Virus record (IMG/VR): IMGVR_UViG_3300036982_000470
Span: 1 to 49,433 of that record
Strand: one strand, 5' to 3'
DNA from: a virus
Lineage: Duplodnaviria; Caudoviricetes
DNA: 49,433 bases
The first letter of the stretch is position 1, and every line of letters starts with the position of its first letter. This document shows positions 1-10,007 of this stretch, piece by piece. The notes under the pieces are model-generated. The model saw only the letters and a program-made list of their open reading frames with translations. It ran no database searches and had not been told where the DNA came from. A program made the translations under genes and the position numbers.

Positions 1-933
1 AAAACCAGTTATTTTATCTAATACTTTTTTATCTACATTTCTAGCTACAATTTTAGGTCCTATTCTAAGGTTAACTTTAGAATCAGCTCCTTCTACATAA
101 CCTTTTTTCTGTTTAAGCCTACCATCGTTTCCAAATATAATTGTACCATCATCTTTAGTTTCGTATTGACCAGCACCAACTGGTTCTATTTCATCTACTA
201 CATCTTCAGGATTTTTATTAACTGCATTAGCAGCTCTTTTAAGATCAAAATCTCCATCTAACTGCTCTTTAGCCTTTGACAACTCTCGTGTGTATTTTTC
301 TAAATTAGCTTCATGCCTGCTATTAATATTAAGTTTTCCAGAAGCTAGGAGCGCTGCCTGCTTCTCGCTATCATTTAAGCTTCCATATACTTTGCTTAAA
401 TGCTGGTCATAAAGTTTAGGCTCTGCTGCGTACACGTCATCATATTCACCGCTAAAAAGCATTTGCTTTTGTGCTAAAGGATCTGCTTGAGCGTACTTAG
501 ACTGTAAGCTAGAAGCTTTTTCGTTTAATGTTTTCTTTTGGTCGTAAGATTGTTTCTGATACTGCGCCCTAGCTAATTCAGCATCCAAGTTATCTTGCTT
601 GTTAGCCTGGTCCATCTCTAATTTTATCTGATTTATTTCATTTACTTTTTGTGCATTTTGAAGTTGCACTTGATCCATCTCATTCTGAACTGGAAGCTGT
701 TCAATTTGATTAGCTCTGATTTCATTCTCTTGGCCCTGCCTTTCAATGGTAAGCTGATTAGACTGCATCCGCTGCCCAGTCTCAAAGCCTTGCATAGCTC
801 CCCTAATAGCTGCTGTAGTCTCTGTGGGTAAGGCATTTCCTGCAGCTATACCCTGTGTTGCTGCGTCGCCAAAGAGACTAAGGGATATTTTAGGCTCTGG
901 AACTGCTGTAAATAAGTCATAGGCTCCGGCCAT
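1..933 (-). CDS. Putative internal virion/ejection protein, truncated at the window edge (not in the ORF track)
   Basis: ATG at 933 overlaps the upstream stop (TAATG). The frame is open to position 1 (MAGAYDLFTAVPEPKISLSLFGDAATQGIAAG...). The product is Gln/Ala-rich and helical, and the gene follows the 1571-aa protein. Confidence 0.7.
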   Translation of the reverse strand, partial: MAGAYDLFTAVPEPKISLSLFGDAATQGIAAGNALPTETTAAIRGAMQGFETGQRMQSNQLTIERQGQENEIRANQIEQLPVQNEMDQVQLQNAQKVNEINQIKLEMDQANKQDNLDAELARAQYQKQSYDQKKTLNEKASSLQSKYAQADPLAQKQMLFSGEYDDVYAAEPKLYDQHLSKVYGSLNDSEKQAALLASGKLNINSRHEANLEKYTRELSKAKEQLDGDFDLKRAANAVNKNPEDVVDEIEPVGAGQYETKDDGTIIFGNDGRLKQKKGYVEGADSKVNLRIGPKIVARNVDKKVLDKITGF

Positions 934-3900
934 TATGCACCCCCTGCGTAGCGAGCTTCATTTCTTGCTTGAAGCTCAGCCTTAGTCATACGGCTTGGCT
1001 TTATGTCTTTTACCGAAAGACCTCTTGGGCCTTTAAAGTACATAGGCTGATTAACTGCCTGATCCATTCCGGCAGGTTTAGTTCCATATTGCTCTATATC
1101 TGTACCTGCTAAAGCTGTTGGGCTCTCAGCGCCCCCACCCCAAACAGACATATCAGCTGCTGGATTCATTGACATCTCAGACCCTGTTACCCCTGGCGAG
1201 ACCATAGCTCCGGTTGTTGGCTTACCAGCCCCTGCCCCTGCAGCCATACCCATGTCTACTGCTGTAGGTTCTTCTTTTTCACTTGGTTCTCTCTTATCTG
1301 CAGTATTGATTTTACCTGCTGCATCAATTCCTTGGTGTCTACCGGATAACAATTGTTTGGCTAGGTTGTATCCATTATCTCCATCTCCAAACATCATCTC
1401 AGCCGTCTGCTGCGCTGCCATGTAATCCGCTTCACTTAAACGCCCTTCAGCAAAAGCGGCATTTGTTAATTGATACAAGTCTTCTTTTGACCCAATACCT
1501 GCCTTAGCATAGAAGCCCCGCATATTGGCTTGCATCGTATTAAAATTCTCTTGCGTCATTTCTTTATTAAAGCCGATATTACCTAGAGCAGCATTACCCA
1601 GCTGTCCACCAATGTCGTCGATGTTTTTAGCTTTAGCTCCAAAAAGAAGTCTAGTAAGCGCCATTCCGCCCATGCTAGCGGCATAGTCTAAGTCATTAGT
1701 ATAGTCTACGTCATAAGCATTAAGCGGCCTGTCGCGGTTCTCTTGGTCAGTAAGTAACTCTTTATTAGTAGCCTCATGTCTTCCGCCCCCGCCGTCAACA
1801 CCGATATTAGCTAAAGAGCCATCTGCTAAAGTTACATTGTATTCTTTATCAACCAGGAAACCTTGTTCTTGCCAACCCTCTCTAATTGCATCCCTAGCAT
1901 TCTGATCTTTGTGTTTTCCAGTCTTTATAGAATTACTGATAACAGCTGTAGCCATTAAGGCTGCTCCTATAAGCGGCATACCCATCATAGCCATTCCGGC
2001 CATCATCATGGCTCCGCCCATAACACCATTCTTAGTGTCTCCTGAGCCCCAACCTTGATACGTTGTGTAGGCTCCGCCTATAACTGAGCCTGCTCCTGGT
2101 GCATATAAATCAGCAGCACCTGCTGCTACCCCAACACCTGCACCTACCTTATCTCCATGTTTATAAGCTTGATAAGCGTTATACGCTTGTAAGGCGGCTC
2201 CAGCATATCCTGCGTTCTGAAGATCCGCAGCGTTTCCAGTGTATGCAGCGTAGCCCTGTGCTGCAGCGCTAACTCCAGTAAGTCCTGCACCTGCTTCGTC
2301 TCCTTGTTTATATCGTTCATAAGCATTATATGCAGTTAATCCTGCTCCAGCATACTGCCCGTAATTAGTTCCTTCTCCTTTGGGAAGCTTACCAGCAGCT
2401 ATTTGATTCTGATTATATTTATCAATTTGGCTCCCTATAATACCAGCTGTCTGAATTGCTGACTGAGTACCTGGCTTTCTGGACCACATATTATAGATAT
2501 TAAAAGCCGCCTGACTCCAGCCTAATGCTTGTTGTGCTGTGCTTTGAGGCTTCTGAGTTTGCTGAGATCCCTTTAACCCTGGGACATCTCCAATGCTCAT
2601 TAGGTTATTGTCTTTGCCTACAGACCAGTTGGACCAGCCAGATGGAGCCTTAGCAGCACCACCTAGTTGATTAGCATTTTGTCTAGTGCTGCCTTGTGCC
2701 ATTACTGGCTTGCCTGAAGGGTAGCCTGCCATAGTGGCGGCTCCACCCTGATTGTAATTTACAAAATTACTTGTATCGGGCTGTATACCAGAAGTAGTAC
2801 CTTCATTAAGAGATGGGTATCTACCGGGGTCAACTCCATTACCTGGTACTCCAGGAGCTGTTTGTACTCCGTTAGCTGGTACTCCAGGAGCTGTTTGTAC
2901 TCCGTTAGCTGGTACTCCAGGAGCTGTTTGTACATTACCTGGTACTCCAGGAGCTGTTTGTGCGTTGCCTGGTACTCCAGGCGCAACGGTGCCTGCTTCC
3001 TGCTGTGCCATCCACTGCTCAGGAGTCATATTTATATTGTTGTTATCGAAGCCGCTATCATTATAGGAATCAGGCCCACCTTGTGGAAACCTATTTGCTG
3101 CCGCTACAGCATTAGCTGCAGCCCCTACATTAAAATCAGGCATTGTTCCACCTGCAGCCGCTGTAGTCTCTCCTCTTTCCCATTCAGTAAGAGGTCTACT
3201 ATTAGTTGGCCCTCCTGAATAAGATACTGACTGCAGACCATTCTTCGATATCGCACCCTTCGCTGTATAAGCTGTGCCCTTTGGTGCTGCTACAATGTTT
3301 TTGCCATCGTTATGAACTTCTACAAAGCCATTAGGAAGCTTTGACCCTTTAGCCCCCATAATAGCACCAATGCCTAAATGTGGACTAACACCCCATCCAT
3401 CTCTAGCTAAGCTCTCTGCTGTAATCCCTGGCACTTCAGCGCCACCTACACCAGCGCCTAGCATCCCAAGTCTTTGTGCAGTTTGTGCCACTGTATCCGG
3501 GTCGTTAGACCCTGCTGCTACTGCTGCAATAACACTAAACTGATCCCATTTATTAGTAAGAGGATAAGCGTTAATGCCTTGTGAAAACCATTTCAAAGCA
3601 TGAGCTGCAGTTACAGGCTTTGTGGCAGGCTTTAAAGTCTTAGGTAAAATCACTTCTCCTAAACTTTTCTTGCCTTGGAAGTCTGCCGCCTTCATGCCCA
3701 TGCCAGCTACAAGAAGGCTTTTTTGTTCTGGACTAGCTTGGTTAAAGTTTTGCATTACTTCATAAGAAGCGTGCGCTGTGGCAAGGCCATTTTTGTCTGG
3801 TGGGTTAGCAATCTTTGAAGCATCTTTTCCAAAATGCTTTAGTGTTGCATTTACAAAGGATGGAACGTCTCCCCTACCTGCAGACTGTGACAAAGAATTA

Positions 3901-5648
3901 ATAAGCTCTGGATCACTTGCAGCAAGTCCTACTGCGTCAAGTTTCGCTTGGTCTGCTTCATTAAAAGCACCAAAAGGAGCCATTACATTACCTAATGTTG
4001 ACACCATTCTAGTACCTGCTTCTGGGTCAGTTCCTCTAGAAAGCACAGGATTTGAATAAACTTTTTTGCCTTCGTAGTTAGCCCCAATCTCTACAGAGTT
4101 AGGTATAGCTTGCTGATTTGTGGTCATGCCAGCCGTTTGCATAATAGAGTTTGTACTATTCTGAAAGCTTGAGTGGTAAGGAAGCCCTGTTGCTTGCTGA
4201 AACTGATAACCAGGATTACCTATTTTTAGGTTAAAGCCGTCTGTTGCGCCTCCACCTCCAGTGCCTCCCATGAAGTTATAACCACTGCTTTCAGACTCAC
4301 CATAATGTGCATCAAAGTCCGGAGTACCATTAGAGAAATCAGGCTGGTAAGTATCGGGATATTCCGGGGTCATGGAAATAGGATCACCCGGTTGTGGGGC
4401 AGGAGCTTCTACCATATGACCATCTATACTGGGCCCGTCTGTCCCAAACTCAATGTTCCCTTCGTTTGCTCCAAATACGTTAGCCGGAGCATATGGGTCA
4501 CCTGGCTGTTCTGTAGTGTACCCATAACCACTTTGATTAGGAGTATTATTAGGACTAAACATCCCACCAACTGCATTGATAACTGAAGGGATAAGACTTC
4601 CAGCAGCTCCTCCACCGCTAGCAATAGCTCCTACTTGACCTGCTGATTGAGCTGCTGCCATTTGGTCTTGGAATATTTGACCATATTGTTGCTGCTGCTG
4701 GAGCCCCATAGCTGTATTATTATTAGCTGTTTCAACACCTGCTTGAACCCCTGCTAAACCTACCTGATAACCAAACTTACTTAAAGCAAACTGATTAGCT
4801 GCTTGAGCATTAAACTGTGATTCAGCAAAATTACCTTGAGCATTAAACTGTCTAGTCTGTTGCTCAAGTCCTGTCATAAATTGACGCTGCTGTAATCTTG
4901 CACTTAAGACAGTACCAGGCTGCATCATAGTAAGTTGATTAGCTTCGCTCAAAGCTCCTGCAGCTAAGCGACTCCCACCTACTTCAGGCATAGTACGAAT
5001 CTGTTGCCCGGCATCTGAGTAAGCAGTAGGAGCAAGCATAAGGCCTGCTGTAGTCTGAATGTTTGAGTTAGTAAGCTGGTCACCATATTGAGATAATTGT
5101 ATGCGCTGCTCTGCTGACATTAAATCAGATGCCTTCCTAGCTACTGAACTAGACTGCCCAAAGCCTCCAGCTGCTGACCTGTCCGCTGAGGCTGAGCGTG
5201 TATTTAGCTCTAAAGCTCTATCAGTTATTGAATCAGGAGCACGGCCTTCCGCATAAGATTTAGCTCTGGCTGCTTGGTCAGATAGCTGCTGTTGAGCTAA
5301 GGGCATAGTAGAATTAACTTGTTGTGTTCTTTGCTGTTGGTTAAAAAGATTATCAGCTGCAGTTTCTGTGCGTTTCAAAGCAGACGCGGCAGGGGCAAAC
5401 TTACTCATTCCAGCTAATTCAGTATCTAATTCTTGCTGAGCAATAGTATTTGCTAATTGATAGTTTTTTAATATTTCAGCTCTGTTAAAAGCTCCCCAAC
5501 GTTTTGCAAAACGCATAGGTTTAATAGGCTTATACGGAGCTGCTTTAATGCTCTGAAAATTAGCCGTTGTTACGCCAGGAAATTCACCTGATAAATCTGG
5601 TGGAGCTACTGCTGGTCCTCCAGAGGTTCCGCCTTCACCTTCTGCCAT
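933..5648 (-). CDS. Large internal virion (DNA ejection/pilot-like) protein, 1571 aa
   Basis: Ala/Gly/Gln-rich, with QFNAQ repeats and Gly-zipper/hydrophobic segments (GGAMMMAGMAMMGMPLIGAALMATAV). Its position downstream of the tail genes is typical of podovirus ejection proteins. Confidence 0.65.
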   Translation of the reverse strand: MAEGEGGTSGGPAVAPPDLSGEFPGVTTANFQSIKAAPYKPIKPMRFAKRWGAFNRAEILKNYQLANTIAQQELDTELAGMSKFAPAASALKRTETAADNLFNQQQRTQQVNSTMPLAQQQLSDQAARAKSYAEGRAPDSITDRALELNTRSASADRSAAGGFGQSSSVARKASDLMSAEQRIQLSQYGDQLTNSNIQTTAGLMLAPTAYSDAGQQIRTMPEVGGSRLAAGALSEANQLTMMQPGTVLSARLQQRQFMTGLEQQTRQFNAQGNFAESQFNAQAANQFALSKFGYQVGLAGVQAGVETANNNTAMGLQQQQQYGQIFQDQMAAAQSAGQVGAIASGGGAAGSLIPSVINAVGGMFSPNNTPNQSGYGYTTEQPGDPYAPANVFGANEGNIEFGTDGPSIDGHMVEAPAPQPGDPISMTPEYPDTYQPDFSNGTPDFDAHYGESESSGYNFMGGTGGGGATDGFNLKIGNPGYQFQQATGLPYHSSFQNSTNSIMQTAGMTTNQQAIPNSVEIGANYEGKKVYSNPVLSRGTDPEAGTRMVSTLGNVMAPFGAFNEADQAKLDAVGLAASDPELINSLSQSAGRGDVPSFVNATLKHFGKDASKIANPPDKNGLATAHASYEVMQNFNQASPEQKSLLVAGMGMKAADFQGKKSLGEVILPKTLKPATKPVTAAHALKWFSQGINAYPLTNKWDQFSVIAAVAAGSNDPDTVAQTAQRLGMLGAGVGGAEVPGITAESLARDGWGVSPHLGIGAIMGAKGSKLPNGFVEVHNDGKNIVAAPKGTAYTAKGAISKNGLQSVSYSGGPTNSRPLTEWERGETTAAAGGTMPDFNVGAAANAVAAANRFPQGGPDSYNDSGFDNNNINMTPEQWMAQQEAGTVAPGVPGNAQTAPGVPGNVQTAPGVPANGVQTAPGVPANGVQTAPGVPGNGVDPGRYPSLNEGTTSGIQPDTSNFVNYNQGGAATMAGYPSGKPVMAQGSTRQNANQLGGAAKAPSGWSNWSVGKDNNLMSIGDVPGLKGSQQTQKPQSTAQQALGWSQAAFNIYNMWSRKPGTQSAIQTAGIIGSQIDKYNQNQIAAGKLPKGEGTNYGQYAGAGLTAYNAYERYKQGDEAGAGLTGVSAAAQGYAAYTGNAADLQNAGYAGAALQAYNAYQAYKHGDKVGAGVGVAAGAADLYAPGAGSVIGGAYTTYQGWGSGDTKNGVMGGAMMMAGMAMMGMPLIGAALMATAVISNSIKTGKHKDQNARDAIREGWQEQGFLVDKEYNVTLADGSLANIGVDGGGGRHEATNKELLTDQENRDRPLNAYDVDYTNDLDYAASMGGMALTRLLFGAKAKNIDDIGGQLGNAALGNIGFNKEMTQENFNTMQANMRGFYAKAGIGSKEDLYQLTNAAFAEGRLSEADYMAAQQTAEMMFGDGDNGYNLAKQLLSGRHQGIDAAGKINTADKREPSEKEEPTAVDMGMAAGAGAGKPTTGAMVSPGVTGSEMSMNPAADMSVWGGGAESPTALAGTDIEQYGTKPAGMDQAVNQPMYFKGPRGLSVKDIKPSRMTKAELQARNEARYAGGA
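2843..2981. repeat. In-frame tandem repeat, 5 copies of CTGGTACTCCAGG with 33/33/30/30-nt periodicity, encoding APGVP(G/A)N(G)xQT
   Basis: Copies start at 2843, 2876, 2909, 2939 and 2969. Confidence 0.95.
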
Positions 5649-5657
5649 AAATTACCC

Positions 5658-6620
5658 TCACACAATATTCTTAACTGCTCCAGCACTAGTCATATACATA
5701 ATGTCAACAGGCTGTCCATTCTGCACCCTCTTATACTCGCCTTCCATAATAATTGAATCTTGTAAAAAGCCGTCTTTTGCTTTTGCCATTTCTGGGTCAT
5801 CGTTAAAGTTAGCGTTAATACTTTGCCCTGCTAACTCCAGCGCATAAAGATTTTCAAAAGGAATAATATCATTATCGGCGTAGTTATCTTTAAGCCTAAT
5901 GCGCCCCAATACTGAAACTTGCACAGTAGACGTACAATAAGGATTAGTTAACTTATATCTGCGATAGGAAGGAAGTTCTTCACTGGGAGCATAATCAGCT
6001 AAAAAGCCTTTTATGTTTGTACTAGGATTTACCCAAAAGAGTTGTACATAACCATTAGTTTGAGTCTTTTGAATGCCTGTTACTACACCAAAAGAAACTT
6101 GAGTATACCTAAGTTGCCCTTTTACAATACGAAGGTATTCACCTGTAATCTGAGTGCCTTCGTGATTAGTAACTACTTCCCGGCCCGTAGGGTCTTTACC
6201 TTGCACAATTACATGGGCATCTGTAGCTTCACAGGCTGTTGCTAACACTCCAATTCTAGAGCCAGAAGGCGCGTCATAGACTGTAGGGAACCTATTGGGC
6301 TCCTCGTACATGGCGTCACTGCAAGGAACACAAGACTCCATCTCACCAATGTTGTAGTACTCAAACCACTTATCCCAGACAGTACCTACGCGATTTCCTA
6401 TCTTAACCTTTAGAGGAGTTTCCAATTCATAGGGAATAGTAATGCACCCCTTGTAAGCGCAGAAACAGAACTTCCTTAAGTTTCCATAGCTCCCTTTAAA
6501 GAGCATATGCTGTAAAACTTTCTTGACAAATAAATCAGTTTCTTTGCCAACAACACATTTACCACCACGCCCAGCATACCTAGCAAGAGTAGTTCTAGCA
6601 TCACCGTATGTAATAGGCAC
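5658..6620 (-). CDS. Virion structural protein, probable head-tail adaptor/tail tube-like
   Basis: 320-aa ORF with a GTG start between the tail genes and ejection genes. The function is inferred from synteny only. Confidence 0.45.
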   Translation of the reverse strand: MPITYGDARTTLARYAGRGGKCVVGKETDLFVKKVLQHMLFKGSYGNLRKFCFCAYKGCITIPYELETPLKVKIGNRVGTVWDKWFEYYNIGEMESCVPCSDAMYEEPNRFPTVYDAPSGSRIGVLATACEATDAHVIVQGKDPTGREVVTNHEGTQITGEYLRIVKGQLRYTQVSFGVVTGIQKTQTNGYVQLFWVNPSTNIKGFLADYAPSEELPSYRRYKLTNPYCTSTVQVSVLGRIRLKDNYADNDIIPFENLYALELAGQSINANFNDDPEMAKAKDGFLQDSIIMEGEYKRVQNGQPVDIMYMTSAGAVKNIV

Positions 6621-6803
6621 TTAACCCTCCTTTGGTTTAGGTACTACTGGTTGAGGATTTGGAAGCCCATCAGCCACTTTAGAAACATACCTCCACTGTT
6701 GCACTGCCCTAGGCCGTACTACACCATTACTTCCCGCTACTGCTCCTACTGGTCTAGGACGAGGCGAGCGGAAATATTTATGACCACACCCGCCACAACC
6801 CAT
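6621..6803 (-). CDS. Small basic protein with an N-terminal CGGC motif
   Basis: 60 aa, upstream AAGGTG SD, stop abuts the next start. Confidence 0.65.
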   Translation of the reverse strand: MGCGGCGHKYFRSPRPRPVGAVAGSNGVVRPRAVQQWRYVSKVADGLPNPQPVVPKPKEG

Positions 6804-6831
6804 TTTAGTTACACCTTAAAGTATAGACTAA

Positions 6832-7095
6832 TTAAGTAGGGTTTAACGGAACAATAAAGTTCTCTCCACCAGCAGCGCAGGTGCAGCAATCTTTCTGATA
6901 CGTATTAGGCATACTAACGCCACCTACACGCATCGAATGATCCTGATTGATATTACCAAAAGGAAAGGTATACACTTGTCCACTAGCTGCCCAATAGCCA
7001 TAGAAAGGAAGCAAAAATTTTGCATTTGCTCCTGCATTTCCATCTCTATCAGCAACCGTGGGAATACTACATAACGGTAACAAAGGTTTAGACAT
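6832..7095 (-). CDS. Small virion-associated protein, paralog E1
   Basis: Start moved to MSKPLL, which has a GGAG SD. Shares KPLLPLCSIPT, LPFYGYWxASGQV and MPNTYQKDCCTCAAG with 7129-7401. Confidence 0.8.
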   Translation of the reverse strand: MSKPLLPLCSIPTVADRDGNAGANAKFLLPFYGYWAASGQVYTFPFGNINQDHSMRVGGVSMPNTYQKDCCTCAAGGENFIVPLNPT

Positions 7096-7128
7096 TTTAA
7101 TCTCCAATCAAATAAATACAACAAACTA

Positions 7129-7401
7129 CTAATTTCTAGGAACTGGCCGATAGATATCAAAAAACGGATCATCATATCCAGCGGCACAAGTGCAGCAATC
7201 TTTTTGATATGTATTAGGCATACCTACTCCTCCCATACGCATGGTATTGTCCTGCCGGACCTCCATTGTAGGGAAAGCAAGTACTTGTCCACTTGCCGAC
7301 CAATAGCCATAAAAAGGAAGCCAGTGAAAAGTATTAGAACCCTGCCCTTCCTTATCAGCGATAGTCGGAATAGAACATAACGGTAACAGAGGCTTAGCCA
7401 T
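7129..7401 (-). CDS. Small virion-associated protein, paralog E2
   Basis: AGGAGAG SD; clear paralog of 6832-7095. Confidence 0.85.
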   Translation of the reverse strand: MAKPLLPLCSIPTIADKEGQGSNTFHWLPFYGYWSASGQVLAFPTMEVRQDNTMRMGGVGMPNTYQKDCCTCAAGYDDPFFDIYRPVPRN

Positions 7402-7412
7402 AGACTCTCCTA

Positions 7413-7616
7413 TTAACGCCTAGAATACCAAGGGTCTTCTACTTTAATTGCAGGAATTCCCTTAGACATAAACTCCGCCTTCACTTCCGGCTGTACACCA
7501 TTTACAATGGTCATAGCAGGATGAAGAATTGGGGTTTTGAAGAAAATGCCACCCTTATAACCAGCAGCTACTCTAGCCCTAGTTGCATCATCAGTGGTAG
7601 AAACATATCCAGCCAT
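7413..7616 (-). CDS. Hypothetical protein (67 aa)
   Basis: Start moved to MAGYVSTT, which has an AAGGAGA SD (the ORF track starts at 7667). Confidence 0.7.
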   Translation of the reverse strand: MAGYVSTTDDATRARVAAGYKGGIFFKTPILHPAMTIVNGVQPEVKAEFMSKGIPAIKVEDPWYSRR

Positions 7617-7701
7617 ATTAATCTCCTTTATACAAGTATTTAAACACAATCCAACATCATTATGCACTAATTTAAAACTTTGTTAAAGCCTAAATAATGC
7701 A

Positions 7702-8151
7702 TTAAAATCCTTCATAAGTTACATCAAACACAGCATACGCCAACCCATCCGCAGACGGAAGCCAAGCAGCCTGAATAGCTGCAATTTGTGCTACTGTAAA
7801 ATGTGGGTTTGAAGCGTCGATAAGCATGTACCCCAGTGGTACAGTTCTACTATCTCCATACATCCTGACAATCTCATTAGGGTGTGGGAATATCTGCTGC
7901 CAGTCGCCCATAGCATAAATGAATATCCCCTCAAAGCTGCCTGAAGGGCTTAGCTGAAACCAAACGTTATCCTGCTGGTCATCAGTAGGCTCACTAACAG
8001 ATACTGTTACGTTAGTGATATTACTAGGTATTTCTACCGCGAAGAAGCTTGAAAGCTTTAAGATAAAATCTGACCAGCTAGTGAAACATTCACAATCTGG
8101 CTTACCTACTAGCTTTAAAGCACCTAAAATTACGTCGTTGTCGGTTGACAT
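7702..8151 (-). CDS. Putative tail/fibre attachment protein
   Basis: 149 aa, overlaps the nozzle gene. The VSVSEPTDDQQDNVWFQ segment resembles fibre-type 'P...G.lW' modules. Confidence 0.5.
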   Translation of the reverse strand: MSTDNDVILGALKLVGKPDCECFTSWSDFILKLSSFFAVEIPSNITNVTVSVSEPTDDQQDNVWFQLSPSGSFEGIFIYAMGDWQQIFPHPNEIVRMYGDSRTVPLGYMLIDASNPHFTVAQIAAIQAAWLPSADGLAYAVFDVTYEGF

Positions 8152-10007
8152 ATATTAAAATCCTCTACACACCAATCATCATTACAATCTTCACACATAG
8201 CTTCTATACCAAATTCAGAACACACCGTCTCCTGGTTTTCCTGTGTCCTAGGGATAGCTTTAACCCTATATTCATGAATCTCCCAATACATCCCTGTAAC
8301 ATCAAGCTTTAATTGAATTTTTCTAAATATCTGATAAAGCTCTCTAGTAGCAGGGTTACAAGCAAGAGTCTCTCCACTAGGGCTCCCAATAGTCACGTCT
8401 CTTATTATTTGCGTTGCAAAGCCTTCTAAACAACTGTTACAGGGCATCTTGCACTCACGCCAAGGCACTTTAAAATCAATAGTTCCCCAAGGAATAAACT
8501 TAGAAGAATGCCCAGGCTTATACTCAACAGACAGTTTAAAGTCTCCTTTAAGAGCGTCAAAGTTTAAATCCATTGAGTGGATTTCTTTGTTCATGAAAGG
8601 GTCACCACAGTCATGCTCTTTAGTGTAAACGCGAGATTTAACATAACGAATCTTACAGTCTGAAGTATCATGATGTATCTCTGGATTAATTTCCCAAAGG
8701 CTATTAATGCTGTAGGCATCTTTAGACATAACAAAGCCACGTTCATTTAGAACCGCCATATCCATTGGATTAACGCCTGTCCAAAGACCTGCCCAAGTAG
8801 GGCTTGAAGGAGCTCCAAAGGATGTTAAGTTATCAAGCTCTAACACTACAAACCCTGAGTGAGCATAATCTGCAATAGGCCTTCTAGTGGCGTAATCCAT
8901 AGCTGGAATGCGATACGGATTAGCCGAGAAGAATACTTTATTGTTAAAATAAGACACAAAGCCAAACTGTTTTAATGCTGGGTCATTATACTTCATCCAA
9001 GGCTCTACTTCTCTAGAAATTGGTATCTTTGACCAACGAGACTGTTCGTCTCTACTCATTGAAAGAGTACGAACATAGCCATCAGCTGATAAATAAAACA
9101 AGTCAGAGTTAACGTTTGCCCATGCTCTTGGGCCTACAACTCCTGTGTTATAAGTAAGGAGTGACCCAAACTGCCCTTGCTCCCAAGCAGAGCGCGGCTG
9201 TGTTGTATTATAGGAATAAATAGAACGAGACGTTGCTATTAAAAGAGGACCAATGCCAGTCGAGATATCTGAAACTTGTAAAAACCCCATAGCCGTAATG
9301 TTTTCATTGGACGACTGAGTTGTAAGCTGAAAAATTTGTCCATAATAAGTAGAGGCTGGAAGCATTACCTCTTGAAAGGTAAGTGGAGGGTCAATAGGGG
9401 GGATAGCTGTTGGGTCTATTAACCCTACAGGGTCACCTGCTGTAAACTCGTTTCCAGCATTAGCGATAAAAAGTCTACTCTGATTATAGGCTCCATTTGT
9501 ACTTACAGGTATTTCCATATTTAATGGATTAGCCCGTCTAGCAGTAGTCCCTGTAATAATAACCGGGTAATTTGGAAAATCAAAAATAATCATGGACTTC
9601 CCCGCAGGAGTCCAGTTTAACCTTGGAGCCCTATGGTTAAGTGTAGACCCGCCTGCAATAGGAACTAAAGTTACAGTATGAGCATTAACATTAATAATAA
9701 AAATTAGTCCAGCAATTACTACCAGTAACCGCTCTATCTGGTCTGCCGGATAAGAAGCCATTAATTGAAACTTTCCCGATTCAAATATTTCTTTATAAGA
9801 AATGTATTGATTATTAACATTAAAGAATCCGCCCCCTGGGTAAGTAAGTGTCATTCGCTCAAAGCCCCAGCGCGGTTGAAGAGAAGCTTTTTTAGTAGAT
9901 ACGTTTACTCCAGCTGCATAACAATTATCAGGAATACGGTCAGGTATAAGGGCCGCATTTTGACCCCCTATAAAATCGTTTGCTTGTCCTAAAACGTACT
10001 GAGCCAT
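8130..10007 (-). CDS. Tail nozzle/DNA stabilization protein (P22 gp10 / T7 gp12-like)
   Basis: 625 aa and beta-rich. The N-terminus (DFIGGQN...NV...LQPRWG) and the internal GVVGPRAW...NSDLFYLSADG and ISREVEP segments match the pattern of this class. The C-terminus is Cys-rich. Confidence 0.65.
   Translation of the reverse strand: MAQYVLGQANDFIGGQNAALIPDRIPDNCYAAGVNVSTKKASLQPRWGFERMTLTYPGGGFFNVNNQYISYKEIFESGKFQLMASYPADQIERLLVVIAGLIFIINVNAHTVTLVPIAGGSTLNHRAPRLNWTPAGKSMIIFDFPNYPVIITGTTARRANPLNMEIPVSTNGAYNQSRLFIANAGNEFTAGDPVGLIDPTAIPPIDPPLTFQEVMLPASTYYGQIFQLTTQSSNENITAMGFLQVSDISTGIGPLLIATSRSIYSYNTTQPRSAWEQGQFGSLLTYNTGVVGPRAWANVNSDLFYLSADGYVRTLSMSRDEQSRWSKIPISREVEPWMKYNDPALKQFGFVSYFNNKVFFSANPYRIPAMDYATRRPIADYAHSGFVVLELDNLTSFGAPSSPTWAGLWTGVNPMDMAVLNERGFVMSKDAYSINSLWEINPEIHHDTSDCKIRYVKSRVYTKEHDCGDPFMNKEIHSMDLNFDALKGDFKLSVEYKPGHSSKFIPWGTIDFKVPWRECKMPCNSCLEGFATQIIRDVTIGSPSGETLACNPATRELYQIFRKIQLKLDVTGMYWEIHEYRVKAIPRTQENQETVCSEFGIEAMCEDCNDDWCVEDFNICQPTTT

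Noticed and set aside
642-836. Track ORFs 642-836 (-) and 649-831 (+)
   Set aside because: Both lie within the longer open frame 933 to <1 on the minus strand.
2843-2981. Semi-palindromic repeat (CCTGG-TACT-CCAGG) with 30-33 nt period resembling a mini CRISPR array
   Set aside because: The intervening sequences are near-identical, the periods are multiples of 3, and the repeat encodes a peptide repeat inside a long ORF. No cas operon is present.
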